A stretch of DNA of 64,000 bases from Eledone cirrhosa (lineage: Eukaryota): positions 366,110,001-366,174,000 of the forward strand of contig OZ024740.1 of NCBI GenBank assembly GCA_964016885.1. The letters are read 5' to 3'. The notes below the pieces were generated by a model that was given only the letters and a program-made list of their open reading frames with translations, was not told the DNA's origin and made no database searches. Shown piece after piece: positions 12,251 to 25,796 of the stretch (within the stretch, counting starts at the first letter, position 1; every line of letters starts with the position of its first letter). The translations under genes and the position numbers were made by a program.

Positions 12251-15200
12251 ATCGTCATCATTATCATCATCATTGTTTAACGTCCATCTTCCACGCTTGC
12301 ATGGGTTTGGACAGGAATTTTCCCACTTGAAGCAAGATTGGTTGTCTTGCTCATTTGCTTGTCTGGCGGGTTTTCTACGGCTGGATGTCCTTCCTAACAC
12401 CAACCACGTTTACAGTGTGGAATGGGAGGGTTTTACTGTTACCTACACGGCCACATTACAGCGTGGACTGTGTTTTTTTGTCGTGACACCTACACGACCT
12501 CATTTATTTCGGACTGGATGTTGTGATACCAACATAACTTTACAGAGAAAGGGGTGGTGTGGATGGGGTGGGACGGGGGTGTATTTTTGTTAGAGGGGCC
12601 TACTGACTGCAGGTTTCGCTTTGTACTTAGGCAAGGCGGGTCTTCTGTATTACTGTGTAGCGCCAAAGATCTCGGTCTAGTGACATTGTCTTGGAGAGGT
12701 GTAAGTGTGTGAGGTCGGAATTTATCAAGTCGTCCCAGGTTTTTCTGGGTCTGCCTACTCCGTGGCTACCGTCTATTTTTATCGCCCTGCACTTTTTTAT
12801 ACAGCTGTCGTCTTTCATGTGCAACACGTGACCATACCAACGTAGTATTCTCTCAAGTAAACAACATCTGATTCCTCTTATTCCTAATTTCTCCCTTAGT
12901 TCATTTATGCTTTGCCATTCATGTATATTACTATTACACATCCAACGGAGCATGCAAGCTTCATTCCTCTCCAGTCTGCGTATATCCTCTGCACACAATG
13001 CCCAAGTCTCACTGCCATGTAACATTGCTGTTCGTATGCAGGCATCATACAGCCTGCCTTTCATTTTTAGAGAGAACCCTTTAGCGGCCAATAGTGGTAT
13101 AAGCTCTCTGAACTTTTTCCATCCCGTTCTGACTCTAGCTACTGTACTTTCAGAGCACCCTCCCCCACTGTTGATTTTGTCACCCAGGTAACGGAAGGTG
13201 TCCACTATTTCTATAGAACCATCTGTGCAATGGAATGAGCTAGTATTCTGTGGGCACTTATTGCACCTGAGCACTGGCCACATATAAAATCTATATTCTT
13301 AGTTAGATTACCTGTGATCCCACTACATATTTTATGCACCCATACTTTACATTTGGGACATAAAATGGAGTTTCTACCTACTCCTTTCCTACACACTGAG
13401 CATGGCCATTTCCCAGATGGGACCGGCGCCCTATTTTCCTTCCTACAAACTAGAACTTTAATCTTAGACAGGTTAATTTTAAGGCCTTTTGATTCTAGGC
13501 CATGCTTCCATGTTTGGAATTTCTTCTCTAGTTCAGCCATTGATTCAGCTATGAGCGTTAGATCATCTGTGTATAGGAGTTCCCATGGGCAGCCGGTCTT
13601 GAACTCCTCTGTTATAGCCTGAAGGGCAATAATAAATAGTAGGGGACTAAGGACTGTGCCCTGATGAACACCAACTTTTACGCTAAACTCTTCACTATAT
13701 TCGTTGTTAATTCTAACCTTGCTGACTGTTTCTTTATACATGGCTTGTATAGCTCTCACAAGGCATTCATCAACACCTAGTTTTCTAAGAGCCCACCAGA
13801 TAATCGAGCGGGGTAGTCTGTCAAAGGCTTTCTCCAAGTCAACAAAAGCTAAGTATAGGGGTTTACTTTTAGCTAGGTACTTCTCCTGTAGTTGTCGTAC
13901 AATGAAAAGAGCGTCTGTTGTACTTTTACCTGACACAAACCCGAACTGCATTTCGTCTAAATCAATTCGCTCTCTGATTAGTTGCGTTATTACTTTTTCT
14001 GTGACCTTCACGACCTGGTCAATTAATTTAATGCCTCTATAGTTTCCCCTATCTAGGGCATCACCTTTACCCTTGTAACAGTTAATGATGCTGCTGCTGT
14101 GCCAGTCCTTCAGAACGACCCCATTCTGTATGACTGGGTTTACTATCCGGGTGACCATAGTGTGTCCCACCATTCCAGATGCTTTCAGCATTTTAGCAAC
14201 TATTTCCGAAGGCCCGGCCGCCTTGCCCATCTTCATATCTTTGATCGCCTTACTTATTATACTACCTTCAACTTGCACTGCTGGTCCCTCTATTGGGTCG
14301 ATGTGGGGGAGACTGTCTTTCTCCCAATTATTCTCCTCATTTAGTAGCCTTTCGTAGTGACACTTCCAAGCTACCTTCTTATCAGCTTCAGTGATGGCAA
14401 GTACACCATCATCATTAAGGACACACTTCTCCCCGACAATATCACTGTTTTCCTTGACACATTGCCTAGCAATCCTGAACACCTCACGTTTTTGGTCCTC
14501 GTGTTGTAGAACATGCTTGAACTTTCTTTCCTCTGCTTCCCTTCTTGCAAAGTACACTTGTCTCCTAGCTTCCCTCCTCGCCACTTGATAGTCTTCTCTA
14601 CTTCCCCCATCCCGCCATGCTTTCCAAGCCTGCTTTTTGGCCTTGATTGACCCCTCCACCTTACTGTTCCACCACCAAGTTACTCTCCTCCTGCCTATAG
14701 GTCTGCTCCAGCCACAGGTTTCATCTGTCGCCTTCAGCAAGTTAGCTTTCAGGAATTCCCACTGTTCCTCTATATTGTACGACTAATTGCTCTTCCTTAC
14801 TATCAAAAGCATCAAGTAATATGCTTTTAAATTTATTACTGGCTGTGGGGTCTTTTAACTTCCATATTTTTCTCCTGAGAATAGTCTTCTGTTGTCGAGT
14901 ACGTCTCGTCCTGACTATGAGGTCGATAATTATGAGTATGTTGAGAGGTGCATTCTTCATGGGGGAGGGATTTAGTGTTTACAACAGACACTCTGTCACG
15001 TCTCCTGGTAAGGATATAATCTACCTGGCTTGTGTGTTCCCCCGATCTATAGGTGATCAAGTGATTGTCTCGTTTTTTGAAGTTAGTGTTACAGATAGTT
15101 AGGTTATTTGCGTCACAGAATTCCAGGATTCTGGAGCCTTCCTTATTTCTAGTACCAAACCCATAGCCTCCATGGATTCCGTCATAGCCGTCACAACGTT

Positions 15201-15950
15201 GTCCATTTAGGTCGCCAGCGATAACTATGTAGTCACTGTCGGTTATTTGGGAAGTAGTGAGCATTAACGTCTCATAGAATCTGTCTTTTATAATGCCAGG
15301 CAGTCCGGATTGTGGTGCATATGCAGATATTATTGTCACAGTAGTTCTATTGAGGACAAGTCTTATTTTAATTATTCTGTCGTTCACTCTATTTACGTCT
15401 ATTATTTTATCTGTCCACTTTTCTGCTACCATGATTCCTACTCCACCCAGCCCATTGTCATTTCCCACCCAGAAAAGCTTATAGCATCGTTCTTTACCCA
15501 CAATGAATCTAGCAGACCCACCCCTCCACCTGGTCTCTTGAATACAACAAACATCAACCTCCTTACGTTCAAGCATTTCTACAACCTCGTTAGAGCGACC
15601 CTTTAAGGTGCCTACATTCATTGTACCAACTCTGAAGTTTTGGATTGCATTTGGAGGGTGGGAGCGGTGGGGCGCAGGGGGGGGGGGGGGTTGTGTTAGC
15701 CATCCGCGGCCGAAACAAAGAGGAGGAGTCCTTGCATTCTCGTCCGGCAGCATGAGGTGAATTTGTCTTTATCTTTGGCATTGTCACTGAGTGTCCAGAT
15801 TTTTTTCTTTTCAAACTCTCCAGAATTCCGTAGTCCATCCATCATATCGAAAGGCAACCAGGTAAGTGATAGCATAGGCCGCTGACTTATGATTGGCCCA
15901 CGTAATAATGGTGGTGCGTGGCGGCAGGTGGGAGGGATATTGGGTAGTTA
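12251..15950 (-). mobile_element. Full-length but frameshifted RTE-A LINE (copy A2)
   Basis: ORF pieces 14836-15753 (APE), 13211-14740 (RT, with YTDD instead of YADD) and 12627-13283 (thumb/C-terminus), all highly similar to A1. Same 5' UTR. (GAT)n tail at about 12251-12273. Confidence 0.93.
12627..15838 (-). pseudogene. Disrupted RTE ORF of copy A2
   Basis: Several frameshifts split the APE-RT-PHD reading frame seen intact in A1. Confidence 0.9.
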
Positions 15951-15954
15951 GCGA

Positions 15955-16570
15955 GAAGGTTAAGGTTTAAATAAGATCCCCGTATTTTGGGCATAATTTA
16001 ACAAGCATAAAAAAATACAAGATTTGTTTTTAAAAATACGCTAGAATTATCGAATAGAAAAGCAAAGATTGGATTCTGTGAGAAATGATACAGATTGATG
16101 AATGGAGTAGGGAATTAAAATGGTGATAAGAGTGAAGAAATATTTGTACGTTATATTACACCGTGTTAGCAGCCTAGCCTGAATAGGGTTGGCGTTTTCT
16201 GAGGTTTCGTACTTGCAAAGGATTTATTTTATATTTGGAGAGAGAGGAAGAGATTGGGGGCGAACCAGCATGATATAGAGGGGGGGGTGAAGATAGGAGG
16301 GAGCAGAGGTTAAGAGTTTAAAGAAAGTCCTGGGGCATAATTTAACAAGCATAACAAAATATGTATAAAATATATAAGAAGATTTGTTTTGAAAAATACA
16401 ACAGAATTAAGGTTAAGGTTTAAATAAGATCCCTGTATTTTGGGCATAATTTAACAAGCATAAAAAATAATACAAGATTTGTTTTGAAAAATACGCTAGA
16501 ATTATCTAATAGAAAAGCAAAGATTGGATTCTGAGAGAAATGATACAGATTGATGAATGAACTAGGGAAT
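15955..16570. repeat. Local partial direct repeats (pLTR-like)
   Basis: AAGGTTAAGGTTTAAATAAGATCCC...GATTGATGAATG occurs at about 15956-16113 and 16409-16570, with a partial copy at 16332-16406. Confidence 0.7.
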
Positions 16571-17070
16571 ATATATATATATAAATATACAGAGTCCGAT
16601 ATATATATATATAAAGGAGAAGTAGTTAATAATTGCTGGCCTTGTGCCAAAAGTAAAAATAATTATTAGAAATAAAGAAATCTATATTTGATAATGGTTT
16701 CAGATGGCAAAATTCTGAATGTGCTGGTGATTTATTCACATCTATACCATTAACCAGAATAAAAAGCACATCCATTTTACTGTTTTTTTCTCTCAGAAAT
16801 AATGGAATATAATTTTATATATATATATATACACACGTACGCCTACACACACACAAACCACCTTCAGCCCTCCCCGCTCGGACACCCCGTCTCCCTCTCC
16901 CCACTCCACCACCCCTACACCCTTCCACCACCTGTTTTACCCCATTTTAATTTTATTTTGATCATGCTTTTATTTTTAATTTCATTTGCACCCCCCCCCC
17001 CCCGCCCCCTTTGCTATATGTCTCTCCACCACTCCCCTACACACCCTTTGAACTCTCTTCCCACACACTT

Positions 17071-17110
17071 TTCACCTGAAGAAGGGCTTATGCTCGAAAC
17101 GTCGTTCCCC
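17071..17110 (+). ncRNA. Degenerate minimal hammerhead motif in a pLTR-like fragment
   Basis: CUGAAGA-A-GGGC(UUAU)GCUC-GAAACGUC. Stem I pairs over only 2 bp. Confidence 0.45.
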
Positions 17111-17192
17111 ACCACCACCCCACTCTCAAGAGCGTGAAATTAATAAACATTCGTTGTACTGCCTCTCTGTTTTGTTCCTGTTCAAATTTTCC

Positions 17193-17242
<50 letters not shown>

Positions 17243-17465
17243 GCATGCTAGCATCGAAAAATGGACATTAAATGATGATGATATATATATATATGAATTT
17301 ATAATATATACATGTGTTTATTTATTTATTTATTTTCTTACAATGTAGCTACTATGTTTCAGAAATGTGAGTCTTTGTATTCTAAGTTTGTTCAGAGTAG
17401 TGGTGTGGTGTTATTAATTCAGTGTGAGTGAGTGAGTGTGAGTGAGTGAGTGAGTGTGTGGGTGT

Positions 17466-17520
<55 letters not shown>

Positions 17521-18157
17521 GGTTAAGATAGAGAAGAGGGTTATAGATGAAGAGGGTTATGGATGAAGAGTGAAAAGTGAGAGTGGCAGAAAAAATAAGG
17601 GATTCCCCTCTCCTTCTCTTATAAGTGTCATTAAACCATTTGCATTGTCCACTCAAAGATAACTGTGTCCCCTTCCTGAACCGACCTCCATCAGAAGTCC
17701 ATCATTCATACAAACATATTTAGATGCACATAGACATACTACAAAATTACTACAGCCACCACTCGCCATTGAGTATGACTTGGTAGAATGCAACATGCTT
17801 TCACTAAGGGTTTTAAGTGCCTATACAGTTATGAGCAGGCATAGACACCATCCCAAGCTTACCTCATTTAATCCAAGATGTGATGGCTGAAAATAGAGAG
17901 GACTGCACCAACACTAAGCTGGTATTTTCTTTATCAACCCCAAAAGGATGAAAGGCAAAGGGACCTTGGTAGGAGTTGAACTCAAAGCACAGTCATGGAA
18001 CAAATATACAATTCTTGAATGACTGCCAAATTGACCACCCCACACATACATACATCTATTTACATAAGTAAATTTCTGAAGCCTATCTGCCACACGAAAA
18101 CATAGGACACACACACATTTCATTATGTAAATGCAATTTTAAATCTTTACAACATAC

Positions 18158-18229
18158 CTTTTCCAATTGGTTGGCTACGTGTCGTCTTTCAATGTCAAGT
18201 TCTTCAGATAATTTCTGAAACTGAGCCTC
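18158..18229 (-). CDS. CTNND2: Internal coding exon of a p120-catenin/delta-catenin family gene (N-terminal coiled coil)
   Basis: 72 nt, phase 0, polypyrimidine-CAG acceptor and GTATGT donor. Encodes EAQFQKLSEELDIERRHVANQLEK, matching the N-terminal coiled-coil motif of the p120 subfamily (CTNND1 EAQFEKLTRALEEERRHVSAQLER; CTNND2/PKP4 similar). The paralog name is nominal because invertebrates have a single or few such genes. Confidence 0.8.
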
Positions 18230-18306
18230 CTGAAAAAGAAACAAAGAATAACAATACATAAATAAACAGTCATAAGTGTCAAAATTAATTTCAGTTATTC
18301 ATTTTG

Positions 18307-18339
<33 letters not shown>

Positions 18340-18346
18340 TATATAT

Positions 18347-18675
18347 TGTAGGTCTCCACCTTTGGTCATGAATGACCATGGTTTTCACCTGGAAAGTTCC
18401 TCTCCATGGAAAGGTTTGTTTGTGGAAGTCTAGCAGTCACCCATTGCATGCCTGTCTCCCTTCTTCATGCCACCAATGTTGTCCAAGGAAAAAGCAATGA
18501 CTGATAATGCTTGGCACCAGTGACATTGCAACTCATTTCTACAGTTGAGTGAACTGGAGTAATGTAAAATAAAGCATTTTGCTCAAGTACACAATGCACT
18601 GCCTGATCTGGGATTTGAACTCACAACCTTATGATTGTGAGCTCAATGCTCTAACAACTAAGCCATGTGCCTTCA
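18347..18675 (-). mobile_element. CORE-type tRNA-SINE with a different 3' tail
   Basis: On the minus strand: GGCACATGGCTTAGTTGTTAGAGC, B box GAGTTCAAATCC and a CORE-like block. The tail is unrelated to RTE-A or RTE-B. Confidence 0.75.
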
Positions 18676-19019
18676 CATAAAAATATATATAGTCCACCCT
18701 GTCAGGTGGTAGTGGTGGTGCAATGAAAAAATGAACCCGGTAGAGGCTGTGAAAGGTTTGGTGTTAGGAAGGGCATCAAAGTGTAGCAGCCATGCCAAAA
18801 TGTATATACACACCGCTAGGGAGAGAGAAACAGACAAGACAGAAATATACATGCAACAGATAGTGCTGATTTCTGATGTCAATGAAAACAGTTTTGCAAT
18901 AAATTCAGAGAGTATGAAATTATATTTTTAAAAATGTGTTCCAACAAAATTTAAGCTGACTGTCACAAATTTGAGGTCAATAATGAGATTTGAGGAGGAA
19001 ACCTTGCATGCCATCATTA

Positions 19020-19190
19020 ATAATCATCAACATAGTTTAATGACTATTTTTCAATGCTTGCATGGGGTGTCCACATTATGATATAAGTCTAGCCAGTTGG
19101 CCACACCATACCTTGCTAACAGAACTTTATATTGGTTGTTTTTTTTTCAGCTGGATGCCCTTCCTAATACCAACACGTTTATAGTGTGGA
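19020..19190 (-). mobile_element. Degenerate RTE/SINE 3' tail
   Basis: CAGCTGGATGCCCTTCCTAATACCAAC motif and a CAT-rich tail. Confidence 0.55.
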
Positions 19191-20442
19191 ACAATAATAA
19201 TTCCATTTCCTAAAAAGCTGTAAGTTTACTATTTATTGTAGAGGTCTAAATTCTCAAGTTCCTTTCAATAAAAGTGACATACCTCAATGGCCTGTAGTTA
19301 CCATAATACTAAATTTATGAACTGTTGTCACTGTACAGTAATTTTGCTAAATAGCAGTATGTGAGTGGCTATTATATATTTTTTTTAAATTCCAAAAATT
19401 TATGATATATGACAGATCATGAACAAGTCATTCCAATTTTACAGCTGAAATATTACATGTTTGTATTTCTGCTTTTTGATTTCTTAAGACAAGAACATGA
19501 AAGAGATTAATCTGTATCTTAAAAATCAGGTCAAGTCAAAGTGAGAATGACAACATAGATCCTGTAATGAAAACCACATTAATACTGAATTTTATTTTAC
19601 TCCAAAACTGGTGTACCATAATTTGTAAGGCTTCAAACGAGAAATAAATGCTATGTAGTTGAATTGGACCAAACTATGATTGTTTTAACAGCACAAAGGT
19701 TTTCCAAGATGTGTTAAAATTAGACCACTCTCAACTGCATACTAACAATCTGTTTCTGATTAATCTTTATATAAAAGATATGTCAAAATCTCAAAATTAC
19801 ATGAAATAAAATTTGCATAAGAAAGAGTCTTGGCAAGTAACTATTTTGATGGAACCAAGAAAAACAAGTTGTCAGAGTAATGAAGATAAAGAAAATTTTA
19901 GAGCAACTATATCATGGTTGGATTGATATTTCAAAGGCGAAGAAAAAAAACCATCAGATCCTTTGCCAAAAACTTGCAATACGGAAAAGCTACCATAATT
20001 TTTCAAACAGTTAGTGGTAGATATGCAAGCAATGGAAACTAGAGACTAACAATTGTATAATGCCACATATTTTATATATGTTGAAGTAATTGTAAGTTTA
20101 CACCTATATCATTCAATCTACGCAGGCATATACAAATTTTATTATTCTTCATTAAAATTTTATGTTATACTTTTAGTTCATGTACAGAAAAACTTGATTA
20201 ATATTGTATTACAAGAAGATAAAGATGTTCACACCAAACATTAAAATGGGCTTTCTCAAAACTGAACATTTGGAGTTAGTACTTTTCAATTTATTAGTGA
20301 TTAATATATACAAGTATGTACACAACCATAAACATTCAAACATTGAAATGTAAATTATATATATATGTGTGTGTGTTTATATATATATATATATATATAT
20401 ACATATATACACACACATATACACATGCAAATATATATATAT

Positions 20443-20778
20443 GGAGGCACATGGCTTAATGGTTAGAGCATTGGCCTTGCAATCGAAAGGTTGTGAGTTC
20501 AATTCTAAGACCGGGTGATGTGTTGTTTCCTTGAGCAAGACACTATTTCACATTGCTCCAGTTTACTCAGCTGTAGAAATGAGATGATAGGGACTGGGGT
20601 CCATATCATTCCACTGCAAAGTGGTCGTGGAGGTACCACGGCAAAAAAGCACCCAGCACTCACTGTAAATGAGGTTGGTGTTAGGAAGGGCATCCAGCTG
20701 TAGAAATCAAGCCAGAATCAGTTCCCGTCCCACCCTTGCTAGCAGGGAAAAGCGGGCGTAAAATGAAATGATGAATGA
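20443..20778 (+). mobile_element. CORE-type tRNA-SINE (same family as 11743)
   Basis: Near-identical to 11743-12085. Preceded by (TA)n. Confidence 0.85.
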
Positions 20779-20817
20779 TATGCACACACACTGATGCAAA
20801 TATATACACATACACAA

Positions 20818-20899
<82 letters not shown>

Positions 20900-21089
20900 G
20901 CATATGTCAGGTTACTCTGTGGGATGCTGGTAACATGTAATACAGCACAGTCTGTTACATGATCAGGTTGTCAGTGACTAAAAGTTAACTCCCTCCAGGT
21001 TTGCCTAGTGAATGGGCTGTAAGAAATCTAGTAAAACAAAAATAACAGCTATCAAAGGAATAGAAGAATCCAGAATAGATTCAACATGT

Positions 21090-21513
21090 GAAGGCGCTTG
21101 GCTTGCAATCGAAAGGTTGTGAGTTCAATTCTCAGACCGGGTGATGTGCTGTTACCTTGAGCAAGACACTTTATTTAATATTGCTCCAGTTTACTCAGCT
21201 GTAGAAATGAGATGATAGGATCAGGGTCCCTATCATTCCACTGCAAAGTGGTCGTGGAGGTGCCACGGCAAAGAAGCACCCAGCCCCCACTGTAAAGTGG
21301 ACGTGTAGGCGCCACGGGAAAAAAAAAAGCACCCAGCACTCACTGTAAATGAGGTTGGTGTTAGGAAGGGCATCCAGCTGTAGAAATCAAGCCAAAATCA
21401 GTTCCCATATGAGCAATACATAGTCAGCCGACAGGACACTGCCCACAACAGGACAACCCATCTAACCCATGCTAGCGTGGAAGAATGGACGTAAAATGGT
21501 GATGATGATGATG
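21090..21513 (+). mobile_element. CORE-type tRNA-SINE carrying the complete RTE-B 3' UTR
   Basis: Head has a short deletion in the A-box region. The last ~270 nt align to 34403-34660. Confidence 0.85.
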
Positions 21514-23779
21514 AACACCATCTAGCAACAGTGCATGGGGAACTGGATGTACTGAAGATGTTAAATAAGCTTGCTGTAAGACCATTTGTGGAGTGATGGG
21601 ACCCTAAAAATCTCAAGCACGGAAGCAGACAAGTTTGATTTTGTGTGTGTGTGTGATCCATGTAGAAGTACGTTTGATATATTAGAAAAACTTAAGCAAA
21701 GAGAGCTTCATATATAACTTAGACTACCTTATTCCTTAGCATGCATTCTTTGTGTCTAGTAGGTGACACACTATATACCAGTTCAGATTACAACTTCTAT
21801 ACATAGTGGGCTGAGTCCTTTTTTTTGTCATGGTACCAGTACAACTGCTATCAAGGGCGGGCTGGATGTTTCTTGATTTTTTTTTTTTTTTTTTTTTTCA
21901 TAGTACCAGTACAACTGCCTAGCAAGGTGGATTGGGTGCTGTAAGTCAGGACAGTCCAAACAACTTACAAAACATACATAATAGACATACACAATTGATA
22001 GGCACCCACACAGTTTCAATTTCCCAAATTTCACAAAGAGAAGTAGAAAATATTTGATGAAGGTGCTGTACTGGCAGATCAAACCCTAAAACCATACAAT
22101 ATAAATTTCTTAACCACATAGTTTTGCCAACACATTATCATCGTTTTTACATCTACTTTTCCATGCTAGCATGGACTAGGTGGGATGTTTTGAGACAATG
22201 TAGTATAGTTGGATACCCTTCCTGATATTAACCCTTTTAATCACCTTCTAAGACACTTGCTATTCTAAAAGCTGGGATATATACATCATAGAAGAAATGT
22301 AGGAGTGAGCATTTTAGGTAGAATAAGGCTTGAATATGTTGCCTGGGGTATACAAAAGGATACAGAGAATGCATAGGTTCACAGTTAAACAAGCTATACA
22401 TAGTAATTCAACTGATTATAATTTACTTTGTGATTGAGCTATGAAGAAAGTATGTAAATGTTTTAAACAGGTTAGAAATTTGGCACTGAAAAATAAATTA
22501 AGTTCATCAGTTTTTTTTCCCTTGAAAATTAAATTTCAATAGAACTAAAACAAAAGAAAGTCAAACAAAAATGTTCATATTTTAACATTAGCTACCTGTT
22601 GGCAGAAACACTGGAATCTAACATAACACTTTATAAATATGAGATCATTGATGAGTCTATGGAAATGGAAATTATTGTAATTATTCTTCTGATCTACAGT
22701 CAGTGACACTTCTACAGAGTAAAATGGCACCACAAAGATTTAATAGTCTGTCAATGATGCCAACAAAATTATGCCAGTTAAATGATCACGCCAGTTTACA
22801 TAAAATTATGTGTATGTACATATATGTGCGTGTGTGATTTGTGTTAAAGAGAATTTTAAACACAATTTGATATGAAAATTATTCAATTCATAGCATAAAC
22901 ATTCCAGCTATTTTTAATATTGATCTGTCTTACTGCTTGGTAAAATTTGCATGAATAATGTAAATATGTCATAGATATAAACATGCCAGAAAGAAAGAAA
23001 AGAAAAGTTTACAGAATATCAATCAGTTTTCAGGGTTTTTTTCTTCTTAAAATCCCTTTATGTAAAAGTAAAATCTTATAAAAGAATTTAAAAAAAGAAA
23101 GTATCTCATAGTGTTGCTCAGATCAAAGACCAAAGTCAACTAACCTTTTATTGAATATATAAAGTTTTTATGGTTATTTAAGTATACAACATAAAAGAAG
23201 ACAGTATTAATAGGAGCAGTATGACATGGAAGAATATTTTCCTATTCTGTCATTGTGTGTGTAGTTATAATCATCTATGGCTGAACAGACCTTTTTATCA
23301 GAGGGAATGGCAAAACTCATAACCAATTTCAGGGCTTCTGAAACTAGTGATTGCTTGCAACAGAGTGCACTCTTATAAAGGTATCCAAGGGCTAGGTGTT
23401 GGGGTAAATTTGGCAATCAATTAAGTTGACCATCTAAGTAGGCCACAAAGAGCAGGAACAAACATCACATGGTATCTTGACCTACACTCTAACAATTTTA
23501 CCAGTTCACAACTCTGGACTGTTACTGACACTGAAAGGATGAATGGCAATGTTGACTTCAGCTAGATTTGAAGTGAGATGTAAAAAGCCAAAACAAATAC
23601 TGCCCTATGGTCTTGCCATCAGCCAAGTCGTTGAAACAGTCAAATACTCAACTGATTTAAAAAGAAACAAATTGGCCTCAAGGTCAGAAAAATTATATCC
23701 TTCTGTCTGTAGTTATTAGTGACATCTGAATAAACACAAGTTGAAACAAAAATGGAAGAATATATGGAGACAGCAAGTA

Positions 23780-24430
23780 TGGAAGCTAATGGACCTTTCT
23801 GTTAAATATAGGCTTAGAAAGGTTCTATAGGAGGCATATGATGAGAGGGGATACAAATTGGATACATTTAGCAGAGGACAATTAGAAATTCTTACATGAC
23901 AACCAACTGCAAACTACTGATGAGACTTGTGGCTCGAGAAAAGCACCAGCTGACTTGGTGGTAGAACAGTACAGTAGATAGGGCTATTAAGGCCAAGAGA
24001 CAGGCATGGAAAGACTGGAAAAATGGGCAAAGTAGAGACCAGTATCAAGTAGACAGGAGAGAAGCTAGATGACAAGTAGATAGAAGCTAGATGACAATTG
24101 TACATAGCTCAGAAAGAGGCTGAAAAAAGAAGGTTTGCCAATGTCTTGTGACATTAAGATGAGAGTTGTGAGGTGTTCTGCATTGCAAGGCAGTGTGTCA
24201 GTGTGAATCAGGATGTTGGAGAAAAATGATTCCTGTGCACTAAGCATCACTGATTCTCTAAATGTTGATATGAGAATGAATGGGAGGATGACAGACTATC
24301 CCTTACCGACCCACCAGAGGGACCAGCTATCGAAATCAACAGTTATAGGGTCAAAGAGGCGATCAACGAGATGGAGAATGGTAAAGCCACAGAACTGTCA
24401 GGGATAGTTGCTGAGATGCTAAAAGCATTT
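23780..24430 (+). mobile_element. Old degenerate RTE fragment
   Basis: Decayed TWW.N..VD.AIKAKRQAWKDWKNG region and downstream sequence similar to 32290-32800. Confidence 0.75.
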
Positions 24431-25644
24431 TGTGGTTTTAAAAACTAAGCTGGGTGAGAATAAGCAATAGTAGTTACTGTAGAGCATTGAGGGGGGAGGG
24501 TAGACAATATGGGTGAGAAAAGAAGGAGAGATAGATGAGTTGTATGATCCTGGGTATATGTGGGCACAAGATCAACCAAATGAGAGAAACAGAGGCCATT
24601 GTAGTAGTGACTGAAAAGACTAAGAGAGGGCACAGCACATCTGTGTGTCAAAGCCTAGAGTGTGTTGGTGAGTAACTCCTTGACAACCAGTCAGGTATTC
24701 CCCAGTGTGAACACAGTTTAGGATGTCTGTATATGTAGAGAGCCGCATTCCATCGTGGATCTTTTTTGAGCTTTGTTAAAGAGTTAGCAACTGTTAGGAT
24801 CTAAAGAGCTGAACTATTCATTGATGTTAAAGAAGGCGGCCAGTCTTACCATGAAAATACAATAGCAAATATAGAGTAATGCAAATGCTAAAGGGTTAAT
24901 AAGCAGCTTCATTGGGGCACACCAGAGTTGATAGAGAACTTCTATAAACATATGTTAACATATGTTTTAGAGGGATTTAATAGGAAGCTTCAGGTCCATT
25001 TAGATAGGAAATGTACATGCTAGACATGGCTAAATGCTTTGTTGATGTCAAATGCAATAACATTGTTTTTGCCAAACACTGGTGAGTGAAATATGAGAGC
25101 ATGTCTCCAGTAGATCTTGTGTGGTTCTTAACCCTTTAGCATTAACAATACACTATATTTACTATTGTATTTTAAGGGTAAAGGCTTTACACATTGAATC
25201 CATGAGATTTTTAGATTATTCATTTTGAGAACAATATCTTAATGTTGTTATGAGTGGCCAGTTACAGCCGGTTTGAACAGAAAGAAGTGAGAGAATTCTG
25301 GCTAGATATGGCCCGCCTGGTTTAAATGCTAAAGGGTTAAGGAAAGAAAAGAATTTAACATGTTGGAGAAGTTGGCTGTTAATTACTGTCTCCTTCACCT
25401 TTTAGATGTTGAAAGTGAGAGTACAACTGCCTCATGTTACTCTAACAATAAATCATTCCAAAGATATAGAAATACAGTTAGAATTGTTCCAGTTTCATAT
25501 GGTTATATAACAATAGAGAATGCATCATAGCAAATAGTCGGAATTTATTGAAGAGATTGAAACTATAGCTATTTCGATGTATATCTAACAACAGGGAGAT
25601 TATGTGATATAGTGTGGTGTGGTAGTGTAAGACTGGTAACAAAA

Positions 25645-25685
<41 letters not shown>

Positions 25686-25751
25686 GAGAAAGATAGAGAG
25701 AGAGAAAGAGAGAGAGAGAGAGTGAAAGAGAGTGAAAGAGAGAAAGAGAGT

Positions 25752-25796
<45 letters not shown>

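Noticed and set aside
19272-19300. Possible 9-nt microexon CAG|GCCATTGAG|GTATGT on the minus strand
   Set aside because: No polypyrimidine tract upstream, so likely chance.
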